This document shows, in pieces, positions 42,898 through 56,425 of a stretch of DNA of 64,000 bases. The stretch is from NCBI RefSeq assembly GCF_009914755.1, contig NC_060933.1; one strand, written 5' to 3'. Within the stretch, counting starts at the first letter, position 1; each line of letters begins with the position of its first letter. This DNA is from the human T2T-CHM13v2.0 reference genome, Homo sapiens. The notes beneath the pieces were generated by a model. That model saw only the letters and a program-made list of their open reading frames with translations. It was not told the origin of the DNA and did no database searches. Made by a program: the position numbers and the translations under genes.

Positions 42898-45800
42898 GGA
42901 ATGGAATGGAATGGAATGGAATGGAATGGAATGGAATGGAATAAACCCGAGTGCAATGGAATGGAGTGGAATGGAATGGAATGGAATGGAACAACCCGAA
43001 TTGAATGGAATGTAATGGAGAGCAAGGGAGTTGAATAGAATCAATCCGAATGTAATGGAATGGAATGGAACGGAATGGAATTGAATGGAATGGAATGGAA
43101 TGGAATCAACCCGAGTGCAATGGAATGGAGAGGAATGGAATGGAATGGAATGGAAACTACCCGAATGGAATGGAATGTAAAGGAGTGTAAGGCAATTGAA
43201 TAGAATCAATCCGAATGTAATGGAATGGAATGGAACGCAATGGAATGGAATGGAATGGAATGGAATGGAATGGAATGCAATGTAATGGAATCAACCCGAG
43301 TGCAATCGAATGGAATCCAACGGAATGGAATGCAATGAAATGGATTCAACTTGAATGGAATGGAAAGAATGGAATCAACACGAGTGGAATGGCATGGATT
43401 GGAATGGAATGGAATGGAATCAACCCGAGTACAGGGGAATGGAATGGAATGGAATGCAATGGAATGGAATCATCCGTAATGGAATGGAAAGGAATGGAAT
43501 GGAATGGAATGGAATGGAATCAACTCGATTGCAATCGAATGGAATGCAATGGAATTAACCCGAATAGAATGGAATGGAATGGAATGGAACGGAACGGAAT
43601 GGAATGGAATGGAATAGAATGGAATGGAACGGAACGGAACAGAATGGATGGAATGGAATGGAATGGAATGGAATGGAATCAACGCGCGTGTAGGGGAATG
43701 GAATGGAATCTTCCGGAATGGAATGGAATGGAATGGAATGGAATGGAATGAAATGCAATGGATTCAACTCGATTGCAATGGAATGGAATAGAATGGAATG
43801 GAATGGAATGGAATGGAATGGAATTAACCCGAATACAATGGAATGGAATTGAATGGAACGGAATGGAACGGAATGGATGGAATGGAATGGAATGGAATGG
43901 AATGGAATCAACGCGAGTGCAGGGGAATGTAATGGAACGGAATGCAATCGAATGGAATCATCCGGAATGGAATGGAATGGAATGGAATGGAATGGAATAA
44001 ACCCGAGTGCAATGGAATGGAGTGGAATGGAATGGAATGGAATGGAATGGAACAACCCGAATGGAATGGAATGTAATGGAGAGTAAGGGAGTTGAATAGA
44101 ATCAATCCGAATGTAATGGAATGGAATGCAACGGAATGGAAAGGAATGGAATGGAATGGAATGGAATGCAATGGAATGGAATCAACCCGAGTACAATGGA
44201 ATAGAATGGAATGGAGTGGAATGGAGTGAAATGGAATGGAATGGAATGGAATGCCTTGAAACCGAATGGAATGGAAAGGAATGGAATCAACACGAGTGTA
44301 ATGGAATGGAATGGAATGGAATGGAATGGAATGGAATGGAATGATACGGAATAGAATGGAATGCAACGAAATGGAATGGAATGGAATGGAATTGAATGGA
44401 ATGGAATGGAATGGAATCGTTCCGAGTGGAATAGGAGGGAATGTATTCGAGTGGAATGGAAAGGAATGGAATCAACCAGAGTGGAATGGAAGGGAATGGA
44501 ATGGAATGGAAACTAATAGAATGGAATCAACCCGAGTGGAATGGAATGGAAAGGACTGGAATGGAAAGGAATGGAATGGAATGGAATGGAATGGAATGGA
44601 ATGGAATGGAATCAACGCGAGTGCAGGGGAATGAAATGGAATCGAATGGAATGGAATGGAATGGAATGGAATCAACCCGAGTGCAGGGGAATGTAATGGA
44701 ACGGAATGCAATGGAATGGAATCATCCGGAATGGAATGGAATGGAATGGAATGGAATCAACCCGAGTGCAATGGAATAGAGTAGAATGGAAAGGAATGGA
44801 ATGGAACAACCCGAATGGAATGGAATGTAATGGAGAGAAAGGGAGTTGAAAAGAATCAATCCGAATGTAATGGAATGGAATGGAACGGAATGGAATGGAA
44901 TGGAATGGAATGGAATGGAATGCAATGGAATGGAATCAACCCGAGTACAATGGAATGGAATGGAATGGAATGGAATGGAATGGAATGGAATGCAATGGAA
45001 TGGAATCTTCCGGAATGGAATGGAATGGAATGGAATGGAATGGAATGGAATGCAATGGATTCAACTCCATTGCAATGGAATGGAATAGAATGGAATGGAA
45101 TGGAATGGAATTAAACCGAATAGAATGGAATGGAATGGAATGGAACGGAACGGAACGGAACGGAAGGGAGTGGAATGGAATGGAATGGAATTGTATGGAA
45201 TGGAATGGAATGTTACGGAATAGAATGGAATGGAAAGAATTGGAATGGAATGGAATCGAATGGAATGGAGTGGAATGGAATGGAATCAACCCGAGTGCAG
45301 GGGAATGTAATGGAACGGAATGCAATGGAATGGAATCATCCGGAATGGAATGGAATGGAATTGAATGGAATGGAATGGAATGGAATCAACCCGAGTGCAA
45401 TGGAATGGAGTGGAATGGAATGGAATGGAATGGAACAACCCGAATGGAATGGAATGTAATGGAGAGTTAGGGAGTTGAATAGAATCAATCCGAATGTAAT
45501 GGAATGGAACGGAACGGAATGGAACGAAATGGAATTGAATGGAATGCAATGGAATGGAATCAACCCGAGTACAATGGAACGGAATGGAATGGAATGGAAT
45601 GGAATGGAATGGAATGGAATGGAATGGAATGGAATCAACCCGAGTGCAATGGAATGGAGAGGAATGGAATGGAATGGAATGGAAACTACCCGAATGGAAT
45701 GGAATGTAATGGAGTGTAAGGGAATTGAATAGAATCAATCCGAATGGAATGGAATGGAACGGAATGTAATGGAGTGGAATGGAATGGAATGAACCCGAGT

Positions 45801-48800
45801 GCAGGGGAATGGAATGGAAAGGAATGCAATGGAATGGAATCATCCGGAATGGAATGGAATGGAATGCAATGGAATGGAATGGAATGGAATCAACCCGAGT
45901 GCAATGGAATGGAGTGAAATGGAATGGAATGGAATGGAAACAACCAGAATGGATTGGAATATAATGGAGTGTAAGGGAATTGAATAGAATCAATCTGAAT
46001 GTAATGAAATGGAATGGAACGGAATGGAATGGAATAGAATGGAATGGAATGGAATGCAATGGAATGGAATCAACCCGAGTGCAATCGAATAGAATCGAAT
46101 GGAATGGAATGCAATGGAATGGATTCAACTTGAATGGAATGGAAAGAATGGAATCAACACGAGTGTAATGGCATGGATTGGAATGGAATGGAATGGAATC
46201 AACCCCAGTACAGGGGAATGGAATGGAATGGAATGCAATGGAATGGAATCATCCGTAATGGAAAGGAATGGAATGGAATGGAATGGAATGGAATGGAATG
46301 GAATGGAATGGAATCAACTCGATTGCAATCGAATGGAATGGAATGGAATTAACCCGAATAGAATGGAATGGAATGGAATGGAATGGAACGGAAAGGAATG
46401 GAATGGAATGGAATGGAATAGAATGGAATGGAACAGAACGGAAAGGAACGGAACGGAACGGAATGGAATGGAATGGAGTGGAATGGAATGGAATGGAATG
46501 GAATCAACGCGAGTGCAGGGGAATGGAATGGAATGGAATGCAATGGAATGGAATCATCCATAATGGAATGGAATGGAATGGAACGGAACGGAATGGAATG
46601 GAATGGAATGGAATGGAATGGAATGGAACGGAACGGAATGGAATGGAATGGAATGGAATGGAATGGAATGGAATCAATGCGAGTGCAGGGGAATGGAATG
46701 GAATGGAATGCAATGGAATGGAATCTTCCGGAATGGAATGGAATGGAATGGAATGGAATGAAATGCAATGGATTCAAATCGATTGCAATGGAATGGAATA
46801 GAATGGAATGGAATGGAATGGAATTAACCCAAATAGAATGGAATGGAATGGAATGGAACGGAATGGAACGGAATGGAATGGAATGGAATGGAATGGTATG
46901 GTATGGAATGGAATGGAATGGTACGGAATAGAATGGAATGTAACGAATTGTAATGGAATGGAATTGAATGGAATGGAATGGAATGGAATGGAATCAACGC
47001 GAGTGCAGGGGAATGTAATGGAACGGAATGCAATGGAATGCAATCATCCGGAATGGAATGGAATGGAATGGAATCGAATGGAATCAACCCGAGTGCAATG
47101 GAATGGAGTGAATTGGAATGGAATGGAATGGAATGGAACAACCCGAAAGGAATGGAATGTAATGGAGAGTAAGGGAGTTGAATAGAATCAATCCGAATGT
47201 AATGGAATGGAATGCAACGGAATGGAATGGAATGGAATGGAATGGAATGCAATGGAATGGAATCAACCAGAGTACAATGAAATGGAATGGAATGGAATGG
47301 AATGGAATGGAATGGAATGCCTTCAAACCGAATGGAATGGAAAGGAATGGAATCAACACGAGTGGAATGGAATGGAATGGATTGGAATGGAATGGAATGG
47401 AATGGAATGGAATGATACGGAATAGAATGGAATGGAACGAAATGGAATGGAATGGAATGGAATGGAATGGAATGGAATGGAATCGTTCCGAGTGGAATAG
47501 GAAGGAATGTATTCGAGTGGAATGGAAAGGAATGGAATCAACCACAGTGGAATGGAAGGGAATGGAATGGATTGGAAACTAATACAATGGAATCAACCTG
47601 AGTGGAATGGAATGGAAAGGACTGGAATGGAAAGGAATGGAATGGAATGGAATGGAATGGAATGGAATGGAATGGAATCAACGCGAGTGCAGGGGAATGG
47701 AATGGAATCGAATGGAATAGAATGGAATGGAATGGAATCAACCCGAGTGCAGGGGAATGTAATGGAACGGAATGCAATGGAATGGAATCATCCGGAATGG
47801 AATGGAATGGAATGGAATGGAATCAACCCGAGTGCAATGGAATGGAGTGGAATGGAATGGAATGGAATGGAACAATCCGAATGGAATGGAATGTAATGGA
47901 GAGTAAGGGAGTTGAAAAGAATCAATCCGAATGTAATGGAATGGAACGGAATGGAATGGAATGGAATGGAATGGAATGGAATGCAATGGAATGGAATCAA
48001 CCCGAGTACAATGGAATGGAATGGAATGGAATGGAATGGAATGGAATGGAATGGAATGGAATGGAATGATACGGAATAGAATGGAATGGAACGAAATGGA
48101 ATGCAATGGAATGGAATCAACCCGAGTACAATGGAATGGAATGGAATGGAATGGAATGGAATGGAATGGAATGCAATGGAATGGAATGGAATGGAATGGA
48201 ATCGTTCCGAGTGGAATAGGAGGGAATGTATTCGAGTGGAATGGAAAGGAATGGAATCAACAAGAGTGGAATGGAAGGGAATGGAATGGAATGGAAACTA
48301 ATAGAATGGAATCAACCCGAGTGGAATGGAATGGAAAGGACTGGAATAGAATGGAATGGAATGGAATCAACTCGACTGTAATGGAATGGAATGGAATGGA
48401 ATGGAATGGAATGGAATGGAATGGAATGGAATCAACCCGAGTGCAATGGAATGGAGTGGAATGGAATGGAATGGAATGGAACAACCCGAATGGAATGGAA
48501 TGTAATGGAGAGTAAGGGAGTTGAATATAATCAATCCGAATGTAATGGAATGGAATGCAACGGAATGGAAAGGAATGGAATGGAATGGAATGGAATGCAA
48601 TGGAATGGAATCAACCCGAGTACAATGGAATGGAATGAAATGGAATGGAATGGAATGGAATGGAATGCCTTCAAACCGAATGGAATGGAAAGGAATGGAA
48701 TCAACACGAGTGGAATGGAATGGAATGGAATGGAATGGAATGGAATGGAATGGAATGGAATGATACGGAATAGAATGGAATGGAACGAAATGGAATGGAA

Positions 48801-50685
48801 TGGAATGGAATGGAATGGAATGGAATGGAATGGAATGGTTCCGAGTGGAATAGGAGGGAATGTATTCGAGTGGAATGGAAAGGAATGGAATCAACCAGAG
48901 TGGAATGGAAGGGAATGGAATGCAATGGAAACTAATAGAATGGAATCAACCCGAGTGGAATGGAATGGAAAGGACTGGAATGGAATGGAATGGAATGGAA
49001 TCAACTCGATTGTAATGGAATGGAATGGAATGGAATGGAATGGAATGGAATTAACCCGAATACAATGGAATGGAATGGAATGGAACGGAATGGAGTGGAA
49101 TGGAATGGAATCAACCCGAGTGCAGGGGAATGGAATGGAATGGAATGCAATGGAATGCAATCATCCGGAATGGAATGGAATGGAGTGGAATGCAAAGCAA
49201 TGGAATCAACTCGATTGCAATGGAATGGAATGGAATGGAAAGGAATACATTGGAATCAACCCGAGTGGAATGGAATGGAAAGGACTGGAATGGAGTGGAA
49301 TGGAATAGAATGGACTGGAATGGAATGGAATGGAATCAACTCGATTGGAATGGAATGGAATGGAATGGAATGGAATGGAATTAACCCGAATAGAATGGAA
49401 TGGAATGGAATGGAACGGAACGGAACGGAACGGAACGGAACGGAATGGAATGGAATGGAATGGAATGGAACGGAACGGAACGGAATGGAATGGAAAGGAA
49501 TGGAATGGAAAGGAATCAACGTGAGTGCAGGGGAATGGAATGGAATGGAATGAAATGGAATGGAATCTTACGGAATGGAATGGAATGGAATGGATTAGAA
49601 TGGAATGGAATGGAATGGAATGGAATCAACCCGAGTACAGGGGAATGGAATGGAATGTAATGCAATGGAATGGAATCATCCGTAATGGAATGTAAAGGAA
49701 TGGAATGGAATGGAATGGAATGGAATGGAATGGAATGCAATGGATTCAACTCGATTGCAATGAAATGGAATAGAATGGAATGGAATGGAATGGAATGGAA
49801 TGGAATTAACCCGAATAGAATGGAATGGAATGGTATGGAACGGAACGGAACGGAAAGTAACCGAATGGAATGGAATGGAATGGAATGGAATGGAATGGAA
49901 TGGAATGGAATGGTACAGAATAGAATGGAATGGAAAGAATTGGAATGGAATGGAATCGAATGGAATGGAATCGAATGGAATGGAATGGAATGGAATGCAA
50001 TGGAATGGAATGGAACCAACCCGAGTGCCATGGAATGGATTGGAATGGAATGGAATGGAATGGAACAACCCGAATGGAATGGAATGTAATGGAGAGTAAG
50101 GGAGTTGAATAGAATCAATCCGAATGTAATGGAATGGAATGGAACGGAATGGAATGGAATGTAATGGAATGGAATGCAATGGAATGGAATCAACCCGAGT
50201 ACAATGGAATGGAATGGAATGGAATGGAATGGAATGGAATGGAATGGAATGGAATCAACCCGAGTGCAATGGAATAGAGAGGAAAGGAATGGAATGGAAT
50301 GGAAACTACCCGAATGGAATGGAATGTAATGAAGTGTAAGGGAATTGAATAGAATCAATCCGAATGGAATGGAATGTAATGGAACGGAATGTAATGTAAT
50401 GGACTGCAATGGAATCAACCCGAGTGCAGGGGAATGGAATGGAATGGAATGCAATGGAATGGAATCATCCGGAATGGAATGGAATGGAATGGAATAGAAT
50501 CAACCCGAGTGCAAAGGAATGGAGTGAAATGGAATGGAATGGAATGGAAACAACCAGAATGGATTGGAATATAATGGAGTGTAAGGGAATTGAATAGAAT
50601 CAATCTGAATGTAATGAAATGGAATGGAACGGAAAGGAATGGAATGGAATGGAATGGAATGGAATGGAATGCAATGTAATGGAAT

Positions 50686-50710
50686 CAACCCGAGTGCATT
50701 CCATTGCATT
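50686..50710. other. Strand-switch junction 2 (GGAAT to CATTC) centred on palindromic TGCA
   Basis: Junction reads CAACCCGAG-TGCA-TTCCATTGCATT. TGCA (50695-50698) fits both the inverted motif GAGTGCAA and the forward motif TTGCATTCC. Confidence 0.9.
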
Positions 50711-52789
50711 CTGGTTGTTTCCATTCCATTCCATTCCATTTCAGTCCATTCCATTGCACTCAGGTTGATTCCATTCCATTCCATTCCATTGCATTCCATT
50801 CCATTCCATTCCGGATGATTCCATTCCATTGCATTCCATTCCATTCCATTCCCCTGCACTCGGGTTGATTCCATTCCATTCCATTACATTACATTCCGTT
50901 CCATACCATTCCATTCCTTTCGGATTGATTCTATTCAATTCCCTTACACTCCATTACATTCCATTCCATTCGGGTAGTTTCCATTCCATTCCATTCCATT
51001 CCTCTCCATTCCATTGCACTCGGGTTGATTCCATTCCATTCCATTCCATTCCATTCCATTCCATTCCATTCCATTCCATTCCATTCCATTACATTACATT
51101 ATATTCCGTTCCATTGTACTCGGGTTGATTCCATTCCATTGCATTCCATTCCATTCCATTCCATTCCATTCCGTTCCATTCCATTACATTCGGATTGATT
51201 CTATTGAACTCCCTTACTCTCCATTACATTCCATTCCATTCGGGTTGTTCTATTCCATTCCATTCCGTTCCACTCCATTCCATTGCACACGGGTTGATTC
51301 CATTCCATTCCATTCCATTCCATTCCATTCCAGTCCATTCCATTCCGGATGATTCCATTCCATTGCATTCCTTTCCATTACATTCCCCTGCACTCGGGTT
51401 GATTCCATTCCATTCCATTCCATTCCATTCGATTCCATTCCATTCCAATTCTTTCCATTCCATTCTATTCCGTACCATGCCATTCCATTCCATACAATTC
51501 AATTCCATTCCATTCTATTCCGTACCATGCCATTCCATTCCATACAATTCCATTCCATTCCATTCCACTCCGTTCCGTTCCGTTCCGTTCCGTTCGGTTC
51601 CATTCCATTCCATTCCATTCTATTCGGTTTAATTCCATTCCATTCCATTCCATTCTATTCTATTCCATTGCAATCGAGTTGAATCCATTGCATTCCATTC
51701 AATTCCATTCCATTCCATTCCATTCCGTAAGATTCCATTCCATTGCATTCCATTCCATTCCATTCCATTCCATTCCATTCCATTCCATTCCATTCCATTG
51801 TACTCGGGTTGATTCCATTCCATTGCATTCCATTCAATTCCATTCCATTCCATTCCGTTCCATTCCATTCCATTACATTCGGATTGATTCTTTTCAACTC
51901 CCTTACTCTCCATTGCATTCCATTCCATTCGGGTTGTTCCATTCCATTCCATTCCATTCCACTCCATTCCATTGCACTCGGGTTGATTCCATTCCATTCC
52001 ATTCCATTCCATTCCGGATGATTCCATTCCATTGCATTCCGTTCCATTACATTCCCCTGCACTCGGGTTGATTCCATTCCATTCCATTCCATTCCATTCC
52101 ATTCCATTCCCCTGCACTCGCGTTGATTCCATTCCATTCCATTCCATTCCATTCCATTCCTTTCCATTCCAGTCCTTTCCATTCCATTCCATTCGGGTTG
52201 ATTCCATTCTATTAGTTTCCATTCCATTCCATTCCCTTCCATTCTACTCTGGTTGATTCCATTCCTTTCAATTCCACTCGAATACATTCCCTCCTATTCC
52301 ACTCGGAACGATTCCATTCCATTCCATTCCATTCCATTCCATTCCATTCCATTCCATTCCATTCCATTTCGTTCCATTCCATTCTATTCCGTATCATTCC
52401 ATTCCATTCCATTCCATTCCATTCCATTCCATTCCATTCGTGTTGATTCCATTCCTTTCCATTCCATTCGGTTTGAAGGCATTCCAATCCATTCCATTCC
52501 CTTCCATTCCATTCCATTCCATTCCATTCCATTCCATTCCATTGTACTCGGGTTGATTCCATTCCATTGCATTCCATTCCATTCCATTCCATTCCATTCC
52601 ATTCCATTCCATTCCGTTGCATTCTGTTCCATTACATTCAGATTGATTCTATTCAACTCCCTTACTCTCCATTACATTCCATTCCATTCGGGTTGTTCCA
52701 TTCCATTCCATTCCATTCCACTCCATTCCATTGCACTCGGGTTGATTCCATTCCATTCCATTCCATTCCATTCCATTCCATTCCATTCC

Positions 52790-55700
52790 ATTCCGGATGA
52801 TTCCATTCCATTGCATTCCATTCCATTACATTCCCCTGCACTCGGGTTGATTCCATTCCATTCCACTCCATTCCGTTCCATTCCATTCCATTCCATTGTA
52901 TTCGGGTTAATTCCATTCCATTCCATTCCATTCCATTCCATTCCATTCCATTCCATTACTATCGAGTTGATTCCATTCCATTCCATTCCATTCCAGTCCT
53001 TTCCATTCCATTCCACTCGGGTTGATTCCATTCTATTAGATTCCATTCCATTCCATTCCCTTCCATTCCACTCTGGTTGATACCATTCCTTTCCATTCCA
53101 CTCGAATACATTCCCTCCTATTCCACTCGGAACGATTCCATTCCATTCCATTCCATTCCATTCCATTCCATTCCATTCCATTCCATTCCATTTCGTTCCA
53201 TTCCATTCTATTCCCTATCATTCCATTCCATTCCATTCCATTCCATTCCATTCCATTCCATTCCATTCCATTACATTGTACTCAGGTTGATTCAATTCCA
53301 TTGCATTCCATTCCATTCCATTCCATTCCATTCCATTCCATTCCATTCCGTTCTATTCCATTCCATTACATTCGGATTGATTCTATTCAACTCCCTTACT
53401 CTCCATTACATTCCATTCCATTCGGGTTGTTCCATTCCATTCCATTCCATTCCACTCCATTCCATTGCACTCGGGTTGATTCCATTCCATTCCATTCCAT
53501 TCCATTCCATTCCATTCCATTCCATTCCATTCCGAATGATTCCATTCCATTGCATTCCGTTCCATTACATTCCCCTGTACTCGCGTTGATTCCATTCCAT
53601 TCCATTCAATTCCGTTCCATTACAATTCGTTCCATTCCATTCTATTCCGTACAATTCCATTCCTTTCCATACCATTCCATTCCATTCCATTCCATTCCAT
53701 TCCATTCCGTTGCATTCCGTTCCATTCCATTCCATTCCATTCTACTCGGATTAATTCCATTCCATTCCATTCCATTCCATTCCATTCCATTCTATTCCAT
53801 TCCATTGCAATCGAGTTGAATCCATTGCATTCCATTCCATTCCATTCCATTCCATTCCATTCCATTCCATTCCGGAAGATTCCATTCCATTGCATTCCAT
53901 TCCATTCCATTCCCCTGCACTCGCGTTGATTCCATTCCATTCCATTCCATTCCATTCCATTCCGTTCCGTACCATTCCATTCCATTCCATTCCATTCCAT
54001 TCCGTTCCATTCCATTCCATTCCATTCTATTCGGGTTAATTCCATTCCATTCCATTCGATTGCAATCGAGTTGATTCCATTCCATTCTATTCCATTCCAT
54101 TCCATTCCATTCCATTCCTTTCCATTCCATTACGGATGATTCCATTCCATTGCATTCCATTCCATTCCATTCCCCTGTACTCGGGTTGATTCCATTGCAT
54201 TCCATTCCAATCCATGCCATTCCACTCGTGTTGATTCCATTCTTTCCATTCCATTCAAGTTGAATCCATTCCATTGCATTCCATTCCATTCCATTCCCCT
54301 GCAGTCGGGTTGATTCCATTCCCTTCCATTCGATTCCATTCCATTCCATTCCGTTCCGTTCCGTTCCATTCCATTCCATTCCATTCTATTCGGGTTAATT
54401 CCATTCCATTCCATTGCATTCCATTCCAATCGAGTTGATTCCATTCCATTCCATTCCATTCCATTCCACTCCATTCCAGTCCTTTCCATTCCATTCCACT
54501 CGGGTTGATTCCAATGTATTCCTTTCCATTCCATTCCATTCCATTGCATTCCGTTCCATTACATTCCCCTGCACTCGCGTTGATTCCATTCCATTCCATT
54601 CCATTCCATTCAATTCCATTCCATTACAATTCGTTCCATTCCATTCTATTCCGTACCATTCCAATCCATTCCATTCCAATCGAGTTGATTCCTTTCCATT
54701 CCATTCCATTCCATTCCACTCCATTCCAGTCCTTTCCATTCCATTCCACTCGGGGTGATTCCAATGTATTCCTTTCCATTCCATTCCATTCCATTGCAAT
54801 CGAGTTGATTCCATTGCTTTGCATTCCATTCCATTCCATTCCATTCCGGATGATTCCATTCCATTGCATTCCATTCCATTCCATTCCCCTGCACTCGGGT
54901 TGATTCCATTCCATTCCACTCCATTCCGTACCATTCCATTCCATTCCATTCCATTGTATTCGGGTTAATTCCATTCCATTCCATTCCATTCCATTCCATT
55001 CCATTCCATTGCAATCGAGTTGATTCCATTCCATTTCATTCCATTCCATTCCATTACATTCCATTCCAATCGAGTTGATTCCATTCCATTTCATTCCATT
55101 CCATTCCATTCCATTCCATTCCATTCCATTCCAGTCCTTTCCATTCCATTCCACTCGGGTTGATTCCATTCTATTAGTTTCCATTCCATTCCATTCTCTT
55201 CCATTCCACTCTGGGTGATTCCATTCCTTTCCATTCCACTCGAATACATTCCCTCCTATTCTACTCGGAACGATTCCATTCCATTCCATTCCATTCCATT
55301 CCATTCCATTCCATTCCATTCCATTTCGTTCCATTCCATTCTGTTCCGTATCATTCCATTCCATTCCATTCCATTCCCTTTCATTCCATTCCATTACATT
55401 CCACTCGTGTTGATTCCATTCCTTTCCATTCCATTCGGTTTGAAGGCATTCCATTCCATTCCATTCCATTCCATTCCATTCCATTGTACTCGGGTTGATT
55501 CCATTCCATTGCATTCCATTCCATTCCAATCCGTTGCATTCCATTCCATTACATTCGGATTGATTCTATTCAACTCCCTTACTCTCCATTACATTCCATT
55601 CCATTCGGGTTGTTCCATTCCATTCCATTCCGTTCCACTCCATTCCATTGCACTCGGGTTGATTCCATTCCATTCCATTCCATTCCATTCCATTCCGGAT

Positions 55701-56425
55701 GATTCCGTTCCATTGCATTCCGTTCCATTACATTCCCCTGCACTCGCGTTGATTCCATTCCATTCCATTCCATTCCATTCCATTCAATTCCATTCTATTA
55801 CAATTCGTTCCATTCCATTCTATTCCGTAGCATTCCATTCCATTCCATACCATTCCATTCCATTCCATTCCATTCCATTCCATTCCGTTCCGTTCCATTC
55901 CGTTCCATTCCATTCCATTCCATTCTATTCGGGTTAATTCCATTCCATTCCATTCCAATCTATTCCATTCCATTGCAATCGAGTTGAATCCATTGCATTT
56001 CAATCCATTCCATTCCATTCCATTCCATTCCATTCCATTGCAATCGAGTTGAATCCATTGCATTTCATTCCATTCCATTCCATTCCATTCCATTCCGGAA
56101 GATTCCATTCCATTGCATTCCATTCCATTCCATTCCCCTGCACTCGCGTTGATTCCATTCCATTCCATTCCATTCCATTCCGTTCCGTTCCGTTCCATTT
56201 CATTCCATTCCATTCCATTCCATTCAGTTCCGTTCCATTCCATTCCATTCCATTCTATTCGCGTTAATTCCATTCCATTCCATTCGATTGCAATCGAGTT
56301 GATTCCATTCCATTCCATTCCATTCCGTTCCGGATGATTCCATTCTATTGCATTCCATTCCATTCCATTCCCCTGCAGTCGGGTTGATTCCATTCCATTC
56401 CATTCCATTCCATTCCATTCCATTC
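52790..56425 (+). repeat. About 3.6 kb direct duplication, copy 1 (about 5.4-5.5 kb spacing)
   Basis: Shares rare variants with 58286-61800: CTATTAGATTCC, CTCTGGTTGATACC, CTCAGGTTGATTCAATT, TCCGAATGAT, CCGTAGCATT. ORF 54130..54549 = 59576..59995 (offset 5446). Ends approximate. Confidence 0.88.

Larger units (their letters stand above)
29261..50698 (-). repeat. HSat3 block 2, inverted orientation (about 21.4 kb; G-rich (GGAAT)n on +)
   Basis: Top strand reads GGAAT repeats with CAACCCGAGT from GTGTGCAATGG at 29261 to CAACCCGAGTGCA at 50698. Confidence 0.97.
34871..50698 (-). repeat. Inverted subtype-A domain
   Basis: Carries reverse complements of A markers (AATCATCCGG, GGAGAGTAAGGGAGTTG, CGTTCCGAGTGGAATAGGAGGGAATGTATTC, GCCTTCAAAC). 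Confidence 0.7.

Noticed and set aside
29264-50698. Precise reciprocal inversion between TGCA sites at 29264-29267 and 50695-50698 (recombinase-like switch)
   Set aside because: TGCA is very frequent in this satellite, the GTG before the left TGCA belongs to the inverted block (paralogue at 31661), and re-inversion does not restore the motif truncated at 50708.
29261-50698. G-quadruplex potential on the G-rich strand
   Set aside because: Mostly GG dinucleotides with isolated GGG/GGGG runs and no cluster of four G3 tracts seen. (GGAAT)n is known for mismatch-stabilised hairpins, which is generic to the family.
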